A stretch of 64,000 nucleotides of DNA from the human T2T-CHM13v2.0 reference genome, Homo sapiens (GCF_009914755.1 NC_060925.1), one strand, 5' to 3'; positions 13,101 through 27,290 are shown, numbered from the stretch's first letter. Made by a program: numbers and translations. Notes: generated by a model not told the origin, from the letters alone.

Positions 13101-15250
13101 CTCCCTATCCACAAGCATGGAATGTTTTTACATTTGTTTGTGTCTTCTCTGATTTCTTTGAGCAGTGTTTTGTAATTCTCATTATGGAGATTTTTCACTC
13201 CCTGGTTAGCTGTATTCCTAGATATTTTATTCTTTTTGTGGTGTTGTGAATGGGATTGCATTCTTGATTTGGCTCTCAGCTTGGACATTGTTGGTGTATA
13301 GAAATGCTACTGATTTCTGTACATTGACTTTGTATCCTGAAACTTTGCTGAAGTTTTTTATCAGATCTAAGAGCTCTTGGGAAGAGACTATGGGTTTTTT
13401 CAGGTATAGAATCATATCGTCTACAAACTGATATAGTTTGACTTCTTCTCTTCCTATTTGGATGCCTTGTATTTCTTTATCTTGCCTGACTGCTCTGTCT
13501 AGGACTTCCAGTACTATCTTAAATAGGGGTGGTGAGAGTAGATATCTTTGTCTTGTTCCGGTTCTCAAGGGAAATGCTTCCAGCTTTTGCCCCTTGAATA
13601 TGGTGTTGGCTATGCGTTTGTCATAGATGGCTTTTATTTTGAAATATGTTCCTCCAATGCCAAGTTTGTTGAGGGTTTTTAGCATGAAGGGATGCTGACT
13701 TTTATTGGAGAGCTTTTTTGTACCTATTAAGATGATCATGTTATTTTTGGTTTTAGCTCTGTTTATGTGGTAAATCACGTTTTAATTTGTGTATGTTTAA
13801 CTAACCTTGCATCCCAGGGATAAAGCCTACTACATCATAGTGGATTAGGTTTTGTTGTGCTGCTGGATTTGGTTTGCTAGTATTTCATTGAAGATTTTTT
13901 ATCTATGTTCATCAAGGACACTGGCCTGAAGTTTTCTTTTTTTGTTGTGTGTCTGCCAGGTTTTGGTATTAGGATCATGTTGGCCTCATAGAATGAGTTA
14001 GGGAGGAGTCCCTCCCCCTCAGTTTTTTGGAATAGTTCAATAGAATTGGTACCAGTTCTTCATTACAAACCTATGGATGTCATAGGTTTGTAAGTCTGGT
14101 AGAATTCGGCTGTGAATCCGTCTGGTTCTGGGCTTCTTCTGGTTGGTAGGCTTTTTATTACTGATTCAATTTCCAAACATGTTATTGGTCTGTTCAGGGA
14201 TTCAGTTTCTTCCTAGTTCAATCTTGGGAGGTTATATATTTCCAGGAATTCATCCATTTCTTCTAGATTTTCTAGTTTGTATGCATAGAGGTGTTCATCA
14301 TAATCTTTGAGGTGTTTTTGTGTTTCCGTGGGATCAGTGGTAAAGTACCCCTGGTCATTTCTGATTGTGTTTATTTGAATCTTCTTTCCTTTTTTCTTTA
14401 TTAGTCTAGCTCATGGTCTGTCTTAATAATTTTTTCAAAAGACCAACTCCTGGAGTCATTGATCTTTTGTGTATTTTATTTTGCATCTCAATTTCCTTTC
14501 ATTTTGCTCTAATTTTGGTTATTTCTTGTCCTTTGCTGGCTTTGGGGTTGGTTTGCTCTTGTTTCTCTAGTTTCTCTAATTGTGATGGTAGTTATTAATA
14601 TGAGTTCTTTCTAACATTTTTATATGAGCGTTTAATGCCATAAACTTCCCCCTTAACACTTCCTTAGCTATGTCCCAGAGATTCTGGTATATTGTATCTT
14701 TGTTCTTATTACTTTAAAAGAATTTCTTCATCTCTGCCTTCCTTTCATTATTTACACAAAAGTCATTCAGAAGCAGGTTGTTTAATTTCCATACAATTGT
14801 ATTGTTTTGAGTGATTTTCTTAGTATTGATTTATATTTTTATTGTGCTGTAGTCCGTGAATGTAGTTGGTATGATTTCTGTTTGTTTTTTGGTTTGCTGA
14901 GAATTGCTTTATGTCCTATTGAGTGGTTGATTTTAGAGTATGTGCTATGTGCAGATAGGAAAAATGTATATTCTGTTTTGGGGTATAGTGTTCTGTAGAT
15001 GTCTGTTCAGTCCATTTGGTCAAATGTTGTGTCCACATCTTGAATATCTTTGTTAGTATTTTTGCCTCAATGATATGGTTAATATGGTCATGGAGTGTTA
15101 AAATCTCCTAGTATTGTTGTGTGGTTATCTAAATCTCTTCATAGGTCTGTAAGTATTTGCTTTATGAATTTGGGTGCACCTGTGTTGGGTGGATATATAT
15201 GTAGGATAGTAAGGTCTTCTTGTTGGATTGAACTCTTTGTAATTATGTAA

Positions 15251-15575
<325 letters not shown>

Positions 15576-15841
15576 TCCCTCTTTCTTTTTTGATCATTAT
15601 TGGTTTAGTGTCTATTTTGTCTGAAATTAAAATAGTTACCCCTGCTATTTTCTGTTTTCCATTTGCTTGGTAAATTTTTCTCTGTTCCTTTACTTTGAAT
15701 CTATGGGTGTCATTGTCTGTGAGATGGATCTCTTGAAGACAGCATACAGTTGGATCTTGCTTTCTTCTTCACCTTGTCACTCTGTGCCTTTTAATTGAGG
15801 TATTTATTCTGTTTGCATTTAAGGTTGATATTGATATGTGT

Positions 15842-16128
15842 GGCCAGGTGCAGTAGCTCACACTTGCAATCCCAGCACTTTGGGAGGCCGAGTGGGTGGA
15901 TCATGAGGTCAAGAGATTGAGACCATCCTGGCCAACATGGTGGAACCTTGTCTCTACTAAAAATATAAAAATTAGCTGGGCGTGGTGGTGCGTACCTGCA
16001 GTCCCAGCTACTTGGGAGGCTGAGGCAGGAGAATACTTGAACCTGGGAGGCAGAAGTTGAAGTGAGCCAAGATTGTACCACTGCACTTCAGCCTGGTGAC
16101 AGTGAGATTCCCTCTCAAAAAAAAAAAA
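15842..16128 (+). mobile_element. Alu (AluSc-like) inside L1
   Basis: ggatcatgaggtcaagagattgagaccatcctggcc and cagcctggtgacag are Sc-type features; TSD attgatatgtgt. Confidence 0.95.
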
Positions 16129-16435
16129 TTGATATGTGTAGGTTTTATCCTGTAATCATATTGTTAGCTGGTTATTATGCAGACTTGATTGTGTGGTTGC
16201 TTTATAGTGTCAACGACCTATATGCTCAAGTGTGCTTTTGTGGTGGCTGGTAACAGTCTTTCCTTTCCATATTTAGCACTCCCTTAATGACTGTGCAAGG
16301 CAGTAACAAATTCCCTTAGCATTTGCTTGTCTGAAAATGATATTATTTCTCCTTTGCTTATGAAACTAGTTTGGCTGGATATGAAATTCTTGGTTGGAAT
16401 TTCTTTTTTCTTTTTTTTTTTTTTAAGAATGCTGA

Positions 16436-16740
16436 GGCTGGGCGAGGCAGCTCAGGCCTGTAACCCTAGCACTTTAGGAGGCCGAGGTGGGTGAATCACC
16501 TGAGGTCAGGAGTTCGAGACCAGCCTGGCCAACATGGTGAAACCCCATCTCTACTAAAAATAAAAAAATTAGCCAGGCATGATGGCGGGCACCTGTAATC
16601 CCAGCTATTCAGGAGGCTGATGCAGGAGAATCTTTTGAACCCAGGAGGCGGAGGTTGCAGTGAGCTGAGATTGTGCCACTTCACTCCAGCCTGAGTGAAA
16701 GAGCAAGACTCTGTCAAAAAAAAAAGAAAAAAAAAAAAAA
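16436..16740 (+). mobile_element. Alu (AluS) inside L1 ORF1
   Basis: Full dimer with A-tail; TSD aagaatg(c/g)tga. Confidence 0.95.
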
Positions 16741-17857
16741 GAATGGTGAATATAGGCCCCTAAGTCTCTTCTGGCTTGTAGAGTTTCTGCTGAAAGTTCC
16801 ACTGTTAGCTTGATAGGGTTCCCTTTGTAGGTGACCTTCCCCTTCTCTCTAGCTGCCTTTAACATTTTTTCCTGCATTTCAACGTTGGAGAATCTGACGA
16901 CTATGTGTCTTGGGGATGGTTGTCTTATATAGTGTCTTGTAGGGGTTCTCTGCATTTCCTGGATTTAAATGTTGGCCTCTCTAGTGAGATTGGGAAAATT
17001 TTTATGGATCATAACCTCAAATATGTTTTCCAAGTTGCTTGCTTTCTCTCCCTTTCCTTGGGATGCCAATGAATTATAGATTTGGTCTCTTGGTCTCTTT
17101 ACATAATCCCATATTTCTCAGAGGTTTTATCCATTCTTTATTGTTTTTGCTTTATTTTTGTCTGACGGAGTTATTTCAGAGAAGCAATCTCTCAAGCTCT
17201 GAGATTCTTTCCTCAGCTTGGTTGATGGAGCTGTTAATACTGGTTGTATTATGAAATTCTTAAAGTGAGTTTTTCACCTCTGTTAGTTCAGTTTGATTCT
17301 TTCTTAAAATGGCCATTTTATCTTTCATCTCCTGTATTGTTTTATTACATTCTTTAGATTCCATGGATTAGGATTCAACTTTATCCTGAATATCAATGAT
17401 CTTCATTTCTATCCGTATTCTGAATGCTAGTTCTGACATTTTGGTCATTGCAGCCTGGTTAACAACCTTTGCTGGGGAACTAGTGTGGTCATTTGGAGGT
17501 AAGAAGACATTTTTGCCTTTTTTGTTGTTGTTGTTGTTGCCAGAGTTCCTGCACTGTTTTTGTCTCATCAATGTGGGCTCATGTTTCTTCAGCCTTTGAA
17601 GTTGCAGTCCTTTGGATGGGCTTTTTGCTTTTATCTTTTTTGGTGCCCTTGAGGGTTTGATTGTGATTCTCAGTGGGATTAGACAACTGGCTTCAATTAT
17701 AGTCTGCTCCTGGGTCTTGGAGGAGACCCCTCCAATTACTGTCTCCATGACTGTGTTTCTTTTGTTGGGTGTTCTGGTCCACAGGACTTCCTTAGGCAGA
17801 GGTTGCAGTTAGCAGACAAGCCATTTCCTTGCTGGGTTGGCCCTAATATGTTGTTTG

Positions 17858-18504
17858 AGTGCTTCTCAGGGAAACATAAGGTTGCACCTGTCTACAGAGT
17901 TTAGGCAAAAGCAGAACCACTGAGCTGGAAGCTCTAGCAGATGTGGCCCATCTTGCTATGAGAGGCAGGGGTAGGTGGAATTGCCCACCCTGCCATCTGG
18001 GTGTTTCCAGGGCAACAGGAAGCTGCACCTCCAACAAATTTAGACAGAGGTGGAACCTGTGAATTGGAAACTCTGGCAAGCATTACCCACTTGGCTTCCA
18101 GTGGTAGGGGTTGGTAGGGTCACCCTTCTTGCCATCTCAGTGTTTCTCAGGAAAAAGGCAGGCTTTGCCTGCTAGCTGAGTTCAGGCAGAAGAGGGTTTT
18201 CTGGGCTTGAAGATCTAGCAGGCATTGTCCCCCTTGGCTACCATTGGCATGGGTGTGTGGTGTCACCCACCCTACCATCTGGGTATTTCTCAGGACAACA
18301 GAATGCTGCACTCTTGGCTGAGTTTATGTAGAAGTGGGACTGTTCGGCTGGAAGCTCTAACAGGCATTGTCCACCTGGTTATCAGTGGTGGGGATGGGTG
18401 AGATCACTTGTTCTGCCATCTGGGTGCTTCCTGGGACAGCAGGAGGCTATGGCTGCTGGCCAAGTTCAGGCAGAAGCAGCACCACTGGGCTGGAAGCTGG
18501 TAGT
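17858..18504 (-). repeat. Array of ~141-bp monomers (about 4.5 copies) in the L1 5' UTR
   Basis: A gctggaagctctagcag-like motif recurs near 17924, 18063, 18205, 18347 and 18489. Confidence 0.85.
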
Positions 18505-19029
18505 GAGCCCTGTCCAATGAAATGAGGATAGATCAATCTTATTTCTCCCAGACACTGCAAATGTGGCCTCTATTGGAGCTATGGTGACAGTGCTGGTCTG
18601 CTTTGGGGCCAAAGGCTTGCAGAGGCCCTCTTGGACTCAAAAGTTGCCTCCACAAAATGACCAGGTGGCTCTCTACCTCAGTTTATTATCACAGATGGGA
18701 GCGTGGGGGGCCAGAGGGATTTTTCCATTCCCAGTCTTGCATAGGTCCCTGTGGAGAGTGCGAATCTTCTAGGGGGCTCTCACTCGCTCACCCTTTACCA
18801 TGTGGGAGAGGTTCTCCTGGTTTCACACTAAGCCAAGATAGGCTGGTGTCCAGCTTTGCTTCTCTCTGCTCTGTGTCCCCTGCTGCCTTGATGGATCCCA
18901 ATGTGGTTTCTCAGATGTTTGGCCTGCAGGGTCAGTGTTCACTAGCCCTTTTGTTTCCTTTCTGAGAGCAGCACACGTGAGCTGCTTCTAGTCTATCATC
19001 TTGGACCCTCTAATCTCTTTTTCTTTGAG

Positions 19030-19200
19030 CTGACATTATTGAGGGCCTTACATGTTCCAACAACTTTATGCAAAATATCTCAATCCTTACAGCAACCCTA
19101 AAAGTTAATATGATGATACCCATTTTGTAGGTGAGGAAACTGAAGCTAAGAGAAGTTAAGTAACTTGACAGAGGTCATACAAAATAGCACAGTTGAAACT
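19030..19200 (-). mobile_element. MIR SINE relic
   Basis: cccattttgtaggtgaggaaactgaagctaagagaagttaagtaacttg. Confidence 0.8.
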
Positions 19201-19808
19201 TGTTGAACATGAGTATTTTTATGTTCCTGAGGGCAGTTTTTATGCCTAGAAAAAAACCTATTTAACGTAATTTTGGTACAAAATTAGTATTCAATTTATT
19301 TAAACTCTTGTTCTTCTTAAGCTTTTAGGTTAGTTTATAAATCTTATTAACACATTCATAAACATAGCAAATTTTATAATTACTTTGAAGGAAGATTTCA
19401 CAACTTAATTAAATTCCTTAAATATTTAAGCACATTTATTAATGTAACATATTTCTGTTTTCTTTTGAAGTATACCAATTAGGTGACTTAAGAAACTTCC
19501 CAAGAACTTAAGTCACTCTTATAAGCCTAATAAATTAAATTTATAGGTATGATGAACCTGAAGTTCTCTTAAATGTTACAAGTAAGATTTTAATCTGAAA
19601 TTACAAGCCTAAAGCAATTACTCACCCATTTTAGCTTGGAATTACAATGTTGACCTGTTATTATAAAACGTCCAATTTTCTTAAATAATTCTAGTAACTA
19701 AAATTCTAATAGGCACATATTTCTAAATAAAAACATTTTAGAGTTGCGACTTTGACATTTTCATGCTCTATAATACTAAATGTTGCTATCATTAAACGAT
19801 CAGAACAT

Positions 19809-20137
19809 GGCCAGGCACGTTGGCTCATGCCTGTAATCCCAGCTCTTTGGGAGGCCAAGGTGGGTGGGTTACTTGAGGTCAGGTGTTCAAGACCAGCCTG
19901 GCAAACATGGTGAAACCTCATCTCTACTAAAAATGCAAAAATTAGCCAGGCTTGTGGCGCATGCCTGCAATTCCAGCTACTTGGGAGGCTGAGGCAGGAG
20001 AATCACTTGAACCCAGGAGGCGAAGATTGCAGTGAGTGGAGGAGGTGAAGGTTGCAGTGAGCGGAAATCACTCCACTGCACTCCAGTCTGGGTGAGAGAG
20101 CAAGACTCCATCTCAAAACAAACAAACAAACAAAAAA
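19809..20137 (+). mobile_element. Alu (AluS) with an internal 25-bp tandem duplication
   Basis: Full dimer with (CAAA)n tail; TSD gatcagaaca. Confidence 0.96.
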
Positions 20138-20257
20138 GGATCAGAACACAATTATATCATCCTCAGTAATTTTACCATCCTAAGTAATTCTGAGACACTT
20201 ATGTGTAATGCTGTTGTGTGGGACACCCTGATTCTTATTTATCTGTCTCAGTGCCCT

Positions 20258-20756
20258 CTGAATTAGACAAAATTCTGATAGCCTCCAAGATATCCACCCC
20301 CTGGTATACACATGCTGTATAATCATCTCCCCTTGAGTGTGAGCAGAAGCTGGGAATATCATGGGTAATAACTCCCATGATTATGTTACATTATGTTGCC
20401 AAAGGTATTTTCCAGATGCAATTAAGTTTCCTAGTCAACTGATTTTGAGTTAATTGAAAAGGAAAAGTTCCTGGGTGGGTTTGATTTAATCTGGCAAAAC
20501 CTTAAAAGAGATAAGCAGGAGCAAGAGCAGCAGCAGCATCACCACTTTCCTGCTGACCTTAGAAGATGATCTCAAGCCTCAAATGAGACCACAGCCTAGG
20601 CTGACACTTTGATTTCAGCCTAGTGAGACCCTGAGCTGAAGACCAAGCTAATGCATACCCAGATTCATGCACAGAAATTGTGAGATAGTAAAACTGTGTT
20701 GCTTTAAATCACTAAATTTATGGTGATTTGTTAGGAAGCAATAGAAAATTAATACA
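20258..20756 (+). mobile_element. MLT1E-like MaLR solo LTR
   Basis: cccctggtatacac...ctccccttgagtgtgagcag...ttatgttacattatg...; ends aatagaaaattaataca. Confidence 0.75.
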
Positions 20757-22050
20757 CTCTCTAACTGGGGTGGTCTTATCATGTGTGTCCCTTAAATTCA
20801 GTGTATACATGTGTAATTCTGTTCACTTACAGAGATTGGAAACCCTATACAGTCTGCTATAGAATTTTGCATCATTTTCTGGCTGAGATATTTAGGTGTC
20901 TTTCTATGTAAAGGAACTCCATCACGTTCCTAGATTATTGTAAATAGGAACATGAGGGGAATCCTCTATATTTGTTGTATGCTTCCTTTATTTGGGACAC
21001 AACTCTTCTAGATGTTAAAATCACATCCCACTGAATTCTGTAAATTTTTGGCACTTTGTCTAACTATTCCAAGATCATTTTCCTGAAAATGCAAGAGCCA
21101 AAATTTGTCTGTTTCTAAAGAATTAGACTCTTTTTACTTCTTTTAGTGACCAGGAATAAGTTTTTGAGTTTTGAAATAATATTGAGATGTTTATTGTTCC
21201 ACTTCATTCTGAGAGCATTCTAAAGCTTCTCTGAGTTGGACTTCTGAGGTTCTCTGTGGTTGCTCTGAAGCAATAGTAGTTATATTCTAACATCATTACT
21301 CACTCCATCCATAAAAAATGTGTTATACTCCATCAAATGGTTTTTAAGTCCATCTGTGCATTTATTCATTAAGCTTTTCTTTTAACAGTACAATGATAAT
21401 TAACCCATGTATGTACATAACACTCTAAGAAAGATACAAAGAATATAATATACCATTTCTGTTCCATAAGACTTTATGATCTAGTTGGAAACAAGATATA
21501 GATGCAAAAAATTTTGCATACAAAACAATATGGGTTAAGTGGTACATATATTATGTAATATGACTGATACAAAATATAAGTGGAGATAGAGATGAGAATA
21601 AGTTTAAAAACTTCATGGAACAAGAAGTATTTAAGCTCATTCATTCATTCAGCAAGGATGAATTTAGAAACTTTAATGTGTCAGGCACTGTGCTAGGCTC
21701 TGAGGGCCCAAGAATAAGGTGCAGTCACTCCCTTCACCAAGCTCACAGTCTAGCTGAGGAAACAAAAAAAAGGGAAAATAAAAGAATAAAGATATACAAT
21801 ATGATAAATGCTATTACAGTTGTGTACAACATGCAATGCAAACCAAATGGAGAGAGGAATAATGCCGGCAATGAGGATGGGAGGAAGCATATGGCAAAGG
21901 AGCTTTCAAAGGGGATATTCTTGCTGAACCTGATAGAAAAAATAATACTGTCCTTTTGTGACCATTTCTTATGCTTCAGGAATGACCCTAAGTACTTTTA
22001 TACTAATAAACCTCATATGATCCTCACAACAACTTCATGTGATCAGAGAT

Positions 22051-22434
22051 TGCTAAAGACTGCATATTTGTCTCCCCCATACCTACCCACCAAATTCATA
22101 TGTTGAAACCCTAATCCCCAGTGTGCTGACATTTGGAGATAGAGCTTTGGGAGATAACTGGGTCATGAAGGTGAGACCCACATAATGGGATTAATGCCCT
22201 TTTAAGAAGAGACAAGAGAGAGCTTGCTTCCCTTCTCTGTTTTCTCCACCATTTGAGGATACAATGAGAAGACTGACATGTGCAAACCAAAAAGAGGGCA
22301 CTCACCAGACACCGAATCTGCTGGCACCCTGATCCTGAACTTGCCGGCCTCCAGAACTGTGAGAAACAAATTTCTGTTGTTTAAGCCACCTAGTCTGTGG
22401 TATCTTGTTATAGCTTCCCAAACTGACCAAAACA
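22051..22434 (+). mobile_element. MLT1A/A0 MaLR solo LTR
   Basis: ccaaattcatatgttgaaaccctaatcccc...ccagacaccgaatctgctggcacc...cctccagaactgtgagaaacaaatttctgttgtttaagccacc. Confidence 0.85.
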
Positions 22435-22504
22435 GGGATACAATACCAATGGAGAGTAGTTCCTAAAGAAGAGACTGAAATCATCAGACCACAAACTCAT
22501 CATC

Positions 22505-22855
22505 CCTCTGCCTGGGACACTATCTCCCAGATACCACAAGGCTCACTTTCTCATTCATTCAGGTTTCCATCTAAATGTCATCTTATCAGAAAAGCCTTCC
22601 TTGATCAATCTGTCGAAAGCACAACCACTTTCCTCTCTCTCTTCTCTTCACTCCCACATCACTCTCTGCATCTTTACTCTGCTTTAGTTTTCATCATGGC
22701 AATTATTAGACATTTTCTGTCTCCCCTAACTAGAATAAGCGTCTCATGAGGACAGGAATTTTTGTACTGTTCTTTATCTCCAGGGCTAAGCACAGATCCT
22801 GGCACACACTGGATGCTCAATAAATATGGTTGAATTCATGAATGAATGAATGAAG
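22505..22855 (+). mobile_element. L2a 3' end
   Basis: tgcctgggacactatctcccagata...cctggcacac...gctcaataaatatggttgaat followed by the (gaat)n tail. Confidence 0.8.
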
Positions 22856-24411
22856 TGACTTGCCAAGGTCATACTTTTGGTATATGGCAGAGCTGGTCCT
22901 TGGATCAAGGTTTGTTTGACCCCATTGACCCAGTTCTTAAATACTTCTCCTCACTGCTTAGAAGGAAGAATAAGTTAACACTAGAGACAGAATAAGTTGC
23001 AACATAGGGGATGTGAGAAGGAGGGTCCTGAAGATGAAACCAGGGAAATAGTTTGGGATCAATAATGAAACATCTAGAAGTCTTGGAAGAGAAGTCTATA
23101 ATTTTTCCTTTGGGCATGAAGAAAAAGCTTACTGAGTGGGGTTACGAGCCCCTCAAAGTACTAATGGTGAGGGCTTGAGAACAGCTGAGAGGGGAAAGGA
23201 CATTTATATGGACTCTAATAACACTTTGGATCTTGTTGCATTTCCATTGAAATTCTACAGAATACTGCTATCTCAAGGGGACTAAGTGGATAATTTAGTA
23301 AATACATTCCTTCCTGGCACTTTTCATGCATGACTTGGTATAGTCTGTTAAAGGCTTTAGCTTTAGGTTATGGTCTGCTTTGATCTCCAAGCTCTTCTGC
23401 TGATTTTCTGCATGTTGCTGGTTATGCTTATTACAGTTCTTTCTCTTCTTTCAACCCAAATGTGTGTAATTTGTCCTGTTGGTAACATTCCTGCCTCCCC
23501 CATTTTTGGTGGAATGAGGAAGGCTCAGGTTTCTAAATCTATAGTTTTTGATATTTTTTTTATGGCATGGGAAATAACTGAAATCTGCTTCCTTTTAGTG
23601 CAATTCTAGGTTCTAATATGATAGATTTGTTTATTGCTCCTATATATACTTATTTTTCAACAAAGTCTCTAAATAATTTTTCTCTGTATATAAATTTCAA
23701 ATTCTTGCTATTTTCTCTGTGGTGCATTAGAGAATATAAAGCAGATTTTAAAAATCTGTTTTGCTTGTGAGCTGGCTGATTTATATTAGCTATTATGTTC
23801 TAGCTGGGTGGTTATGCTGTTTCATAATATTCCAAAACTCATATTAAGACCCAAACTGCAGACCACTATGTAAACAAGAGCAAAGAGTAGAAACATATTT
23901 TCTTTCTTCCATTATGTTTGGATATAAGATTCTATTTAGATCTTTCTGAGTAACTCAAAATAGGTATGGGTAAAGGCAGCTTCATATGTGTTTGTTCCTG
24001 ACCAGAAAGCAATGAAGCAATAACACTGTTTCTGTCTTTCATTTTGGTGTTAAAGCATGCAAAGCTGTGGGAGTTGACTATTTGAAAATCAGCATAAGAG
24101 TACCATGTACACTAGCAAGCTTTCTCCTGGCTTTTCTCCAAGCTGAGTTTCCAGGAGCAGAGAACAGACTCAAAAAGCCCTCTTAGCAGACGTAGCAGTC
24201 ATGGTTGTGTTGCAATAGGCACCTCACAATCGTGAAGGGGCATCAAAGTGATGGCCTTTTATGAATTCGGGCAGATCCAAAGACTCTGAAAAACCACCAT
24301 TTAAAAGGATAAATAATAGGCTTCTGGAGACAATTAAAGAGAGGGTTAGGGAAGTTCAGGAACATCAAAATGTATCTATGTAGATCCTATTTTTTTCAGC
24401 CTCCCAGGTAT

Positions 24412-24700
24412 TTTAAAAATTGCATATATTTAAGTTATACAACATGATGTTTTGATACACATTTGCATAGTAAAATAATTACTACATTCAAGCAAATTAA
24501 TGTATCTATCATTTCACATAGTTACCTTTGTGTGTGTGTGTTTGTTAAGAGCCCATAAAATCTGTCTTAGCAAATTTCCAGTACACAATATCATTAACCA
24601 TAGTCCCCATGCTATAATTTAGATCTCTAGACTTATTTATCCTACATAACAGCAACTATGTTTCCTTTAACCTGCTTTCTCCCTGTTCTGCCTCCCATCT
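24412..24700 (-). mobile_element. L1MA (about L1MA8-9) 3' fragment
   Basis: aattgcatatatttaagttatacaacatgatgttttgatac...ttagatctctagacttatt is a typical L1MA 3' end in antisense. Confidence 0.8.
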
Positions 24701-25199
24701 CAGGCTTTTAAATTCATCCGAGATGTGAAAAAAAGCACAATCTGTGCTAAGAAACTAGGCTTTGGTTTGTGAATTTGGGGATTTTTTTTTTCTGATGGAA
24801 AAGACTGTGGGGCATAAGATGTAGTTGTGCTGTTGTTTAGCCATAGATTTGTGCAAATTAGAAAAAGATGCCTGTTTCTTTGGGATTCGCCTTCCCTCTC
24901 CTCTGCCTGGCACCCTCGTGGTATGAATAATGTGCATAACAATTTGCAGCAGCCCTGAGATAGGGTGGGCCATAGTGCACAGCAGGAGTGTAGTAGGTTT
25001 TTTAGAAAAGAAAGCACGTAAGAACAGCTGAATTTATGTGGTGTTAAATATTTCCTCCCTTTTCATGCCCCATTGGCTTAGATTTACCTACTATGCCTAG
25101 ATATATGCTAACTTGCTCTTTAGCGACAGGCAAATTAACCCCTCAAATCTAAATCAGCACCAGTACCTCAATCGGATTTCCACTTAAGATTGTGCTCTG

Positions 25200-25493
<294 letters not shown>

Positions 25494-26539
25494 TTATTTA
25501 TTTTATGTTAATGATAAATATAATTTTGATTTCTCTGTTGGACAAATTTAGTATAAAATGCAAAGGCAACCTAAAATTACATATAAATATTACCATGGCT
25601 CACATTCAGAGAAAATTAAATGACCAAAAGAAAAATAAAATAAGAATCATGATGACAATTGGACAATACATCAATGTTCAGATTAGGTTTCTACACTAGG
25701 CTAGTGTTTAATTCTTTTCATATGGCTTATGATCTATAGTTTTCTTCTTGCAGTGGTCAATATGTTAGATAATTGCTGATATGACATCTAGGTAAAACCT
25801 TGAGCTGAGGAGAACCATCAGATCACTGACTTCTCTTGAAAGCCCCACATGTCTGTGAGGACTTGTTCTTAGGCTTCTTCCCTTGGGACAGTTTACTTTT
25901 TTTTTTTTTGCTGTTAGGAGCCACTTCCGATCTTGCTTAATTAATATCATTGCTCTTTTCCTGTCCTTCATCTCCAAATGTTACTCTTGACCCTTTCTGA
26001 GTGACTTATTTAACTGAAGTACATTAAACATGCATAAACACTTCATGTCTTTCAGAAACTTCATTTGGCATTTCCATGTTGTACCACTTCAATTCAGCTC
26101 AATTCAATGATTACGGCTTAGTCTTTTATACACAGACCACTAGACAAGGTCCTGCAGAAACACAGAGTGAAGGAAGCATAGACCCTCCACTCAGTGAGCA
26201 TTCAACAGACAGCAACAAAAGTAATAATAACAACTGCCATTTATTTAACAACACTTATTTTGTTTCAGGACTCTATATCATTTTCTCTTTTAACCCTTAT
26301 TTCTGACACCCCTGTACCATAAGTATTCTTATCATTTTACCACTGAAAACACTGAGGCTTATAGAATTAAGTGATCCTCTTAAGATCAGAAAGCCAATAA
26401 GTGATGTGAAATTTGAAATGACCCCCAAATCTATCTTCTAACCTCTGTAAACTGGTGGAGGATGATAGAAAAAAAAGTGGACATCAAAACAACTATAATA
26501 CAAAATACTGGTCCATTAACTTATGCTACAATCTACTTT

Positions 26540-27290
26540 AAGTATCACCCCTTCCAAATTCTTTCTTGTGTATGTTATCTTGGTAAACGGCACAATCATC
26601 CACTCAGCTGCATGGTTCGTCTAACCTTATCCTAACCAGTTACTTTGTCTTATCAGTTTTAGCACTTAAATATTTATCTCCACAGACACCATGTTTTCTT
26701 ACTGTAACAGCCTGTTCTCACACACAGCCCTCCCTGACCTATCCTTCATGGTGCTATAAGGGAAATTGGTTTTTATCATGTTTATATTAAAAATCTTTTA
26801 ATCACTCTTCTTAGGACAAAGTCCAAACTCCTAAGGCTGGCATAAAAAGTCCTTCAAGATATGGCTATGGTTTTTCCCTCTGGTTTTATCTCTAGAGTTA
26901 CCTGCAGGAGAACCCAGTTATATATTTATAGGAATTTTTGTTTGTTTTGTTCCTTAAGTACCTTAAACATAATAAGCCCTCTTACTTTCTTCATACCTAT
27001 TGACATGCTGTCCTCTCTGGAACCTGATTCTTGAGTGCAGTTGCTTTTACTCAACGTGCAAAACTCAGCTTCAGCTTCTCCAGGCTGGGTTTTCCTAAAT
27101 CACTCACTACCTGGCTGTATTAAGTGGCACTCCTTTGGATTTCAACTATAACCTTCAATTCCACTGTCATAAAACTCACCCCATTCTGTGTCAACCAGCA
27201 GTGCCTTTGTTGTCTCTGGCCTTAGACCATGAGCTTCCAGCAGCAGGGACTATCAGTCATCACACAGGCACTCAATTAAGGATTGTTTAA
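26540..27290 (+). mobile_element. L2 LINE relic (approximate bounds)
   Basis: ggtaaacggcacaatcatccac...ggacaaagtccaaactcctaaggctggc...agaccatgagcttccagcagcaggg...caggcactcaat. Confidence 0.6.

Noticed and set aside
17858-18504. Regularly spaced repeats resembling a CRISPR array
   Set aside because: Whole monomers are homologous with no unique spacers, and the context is a eukaryotic L1 5' UTR.
21615-22106. 163-aa ORF, the longest non-L1 ORF
   Set aside because: It runs across L2, MIR and MLT1A relics with no recognisable domain; best explained as a chance ORF.
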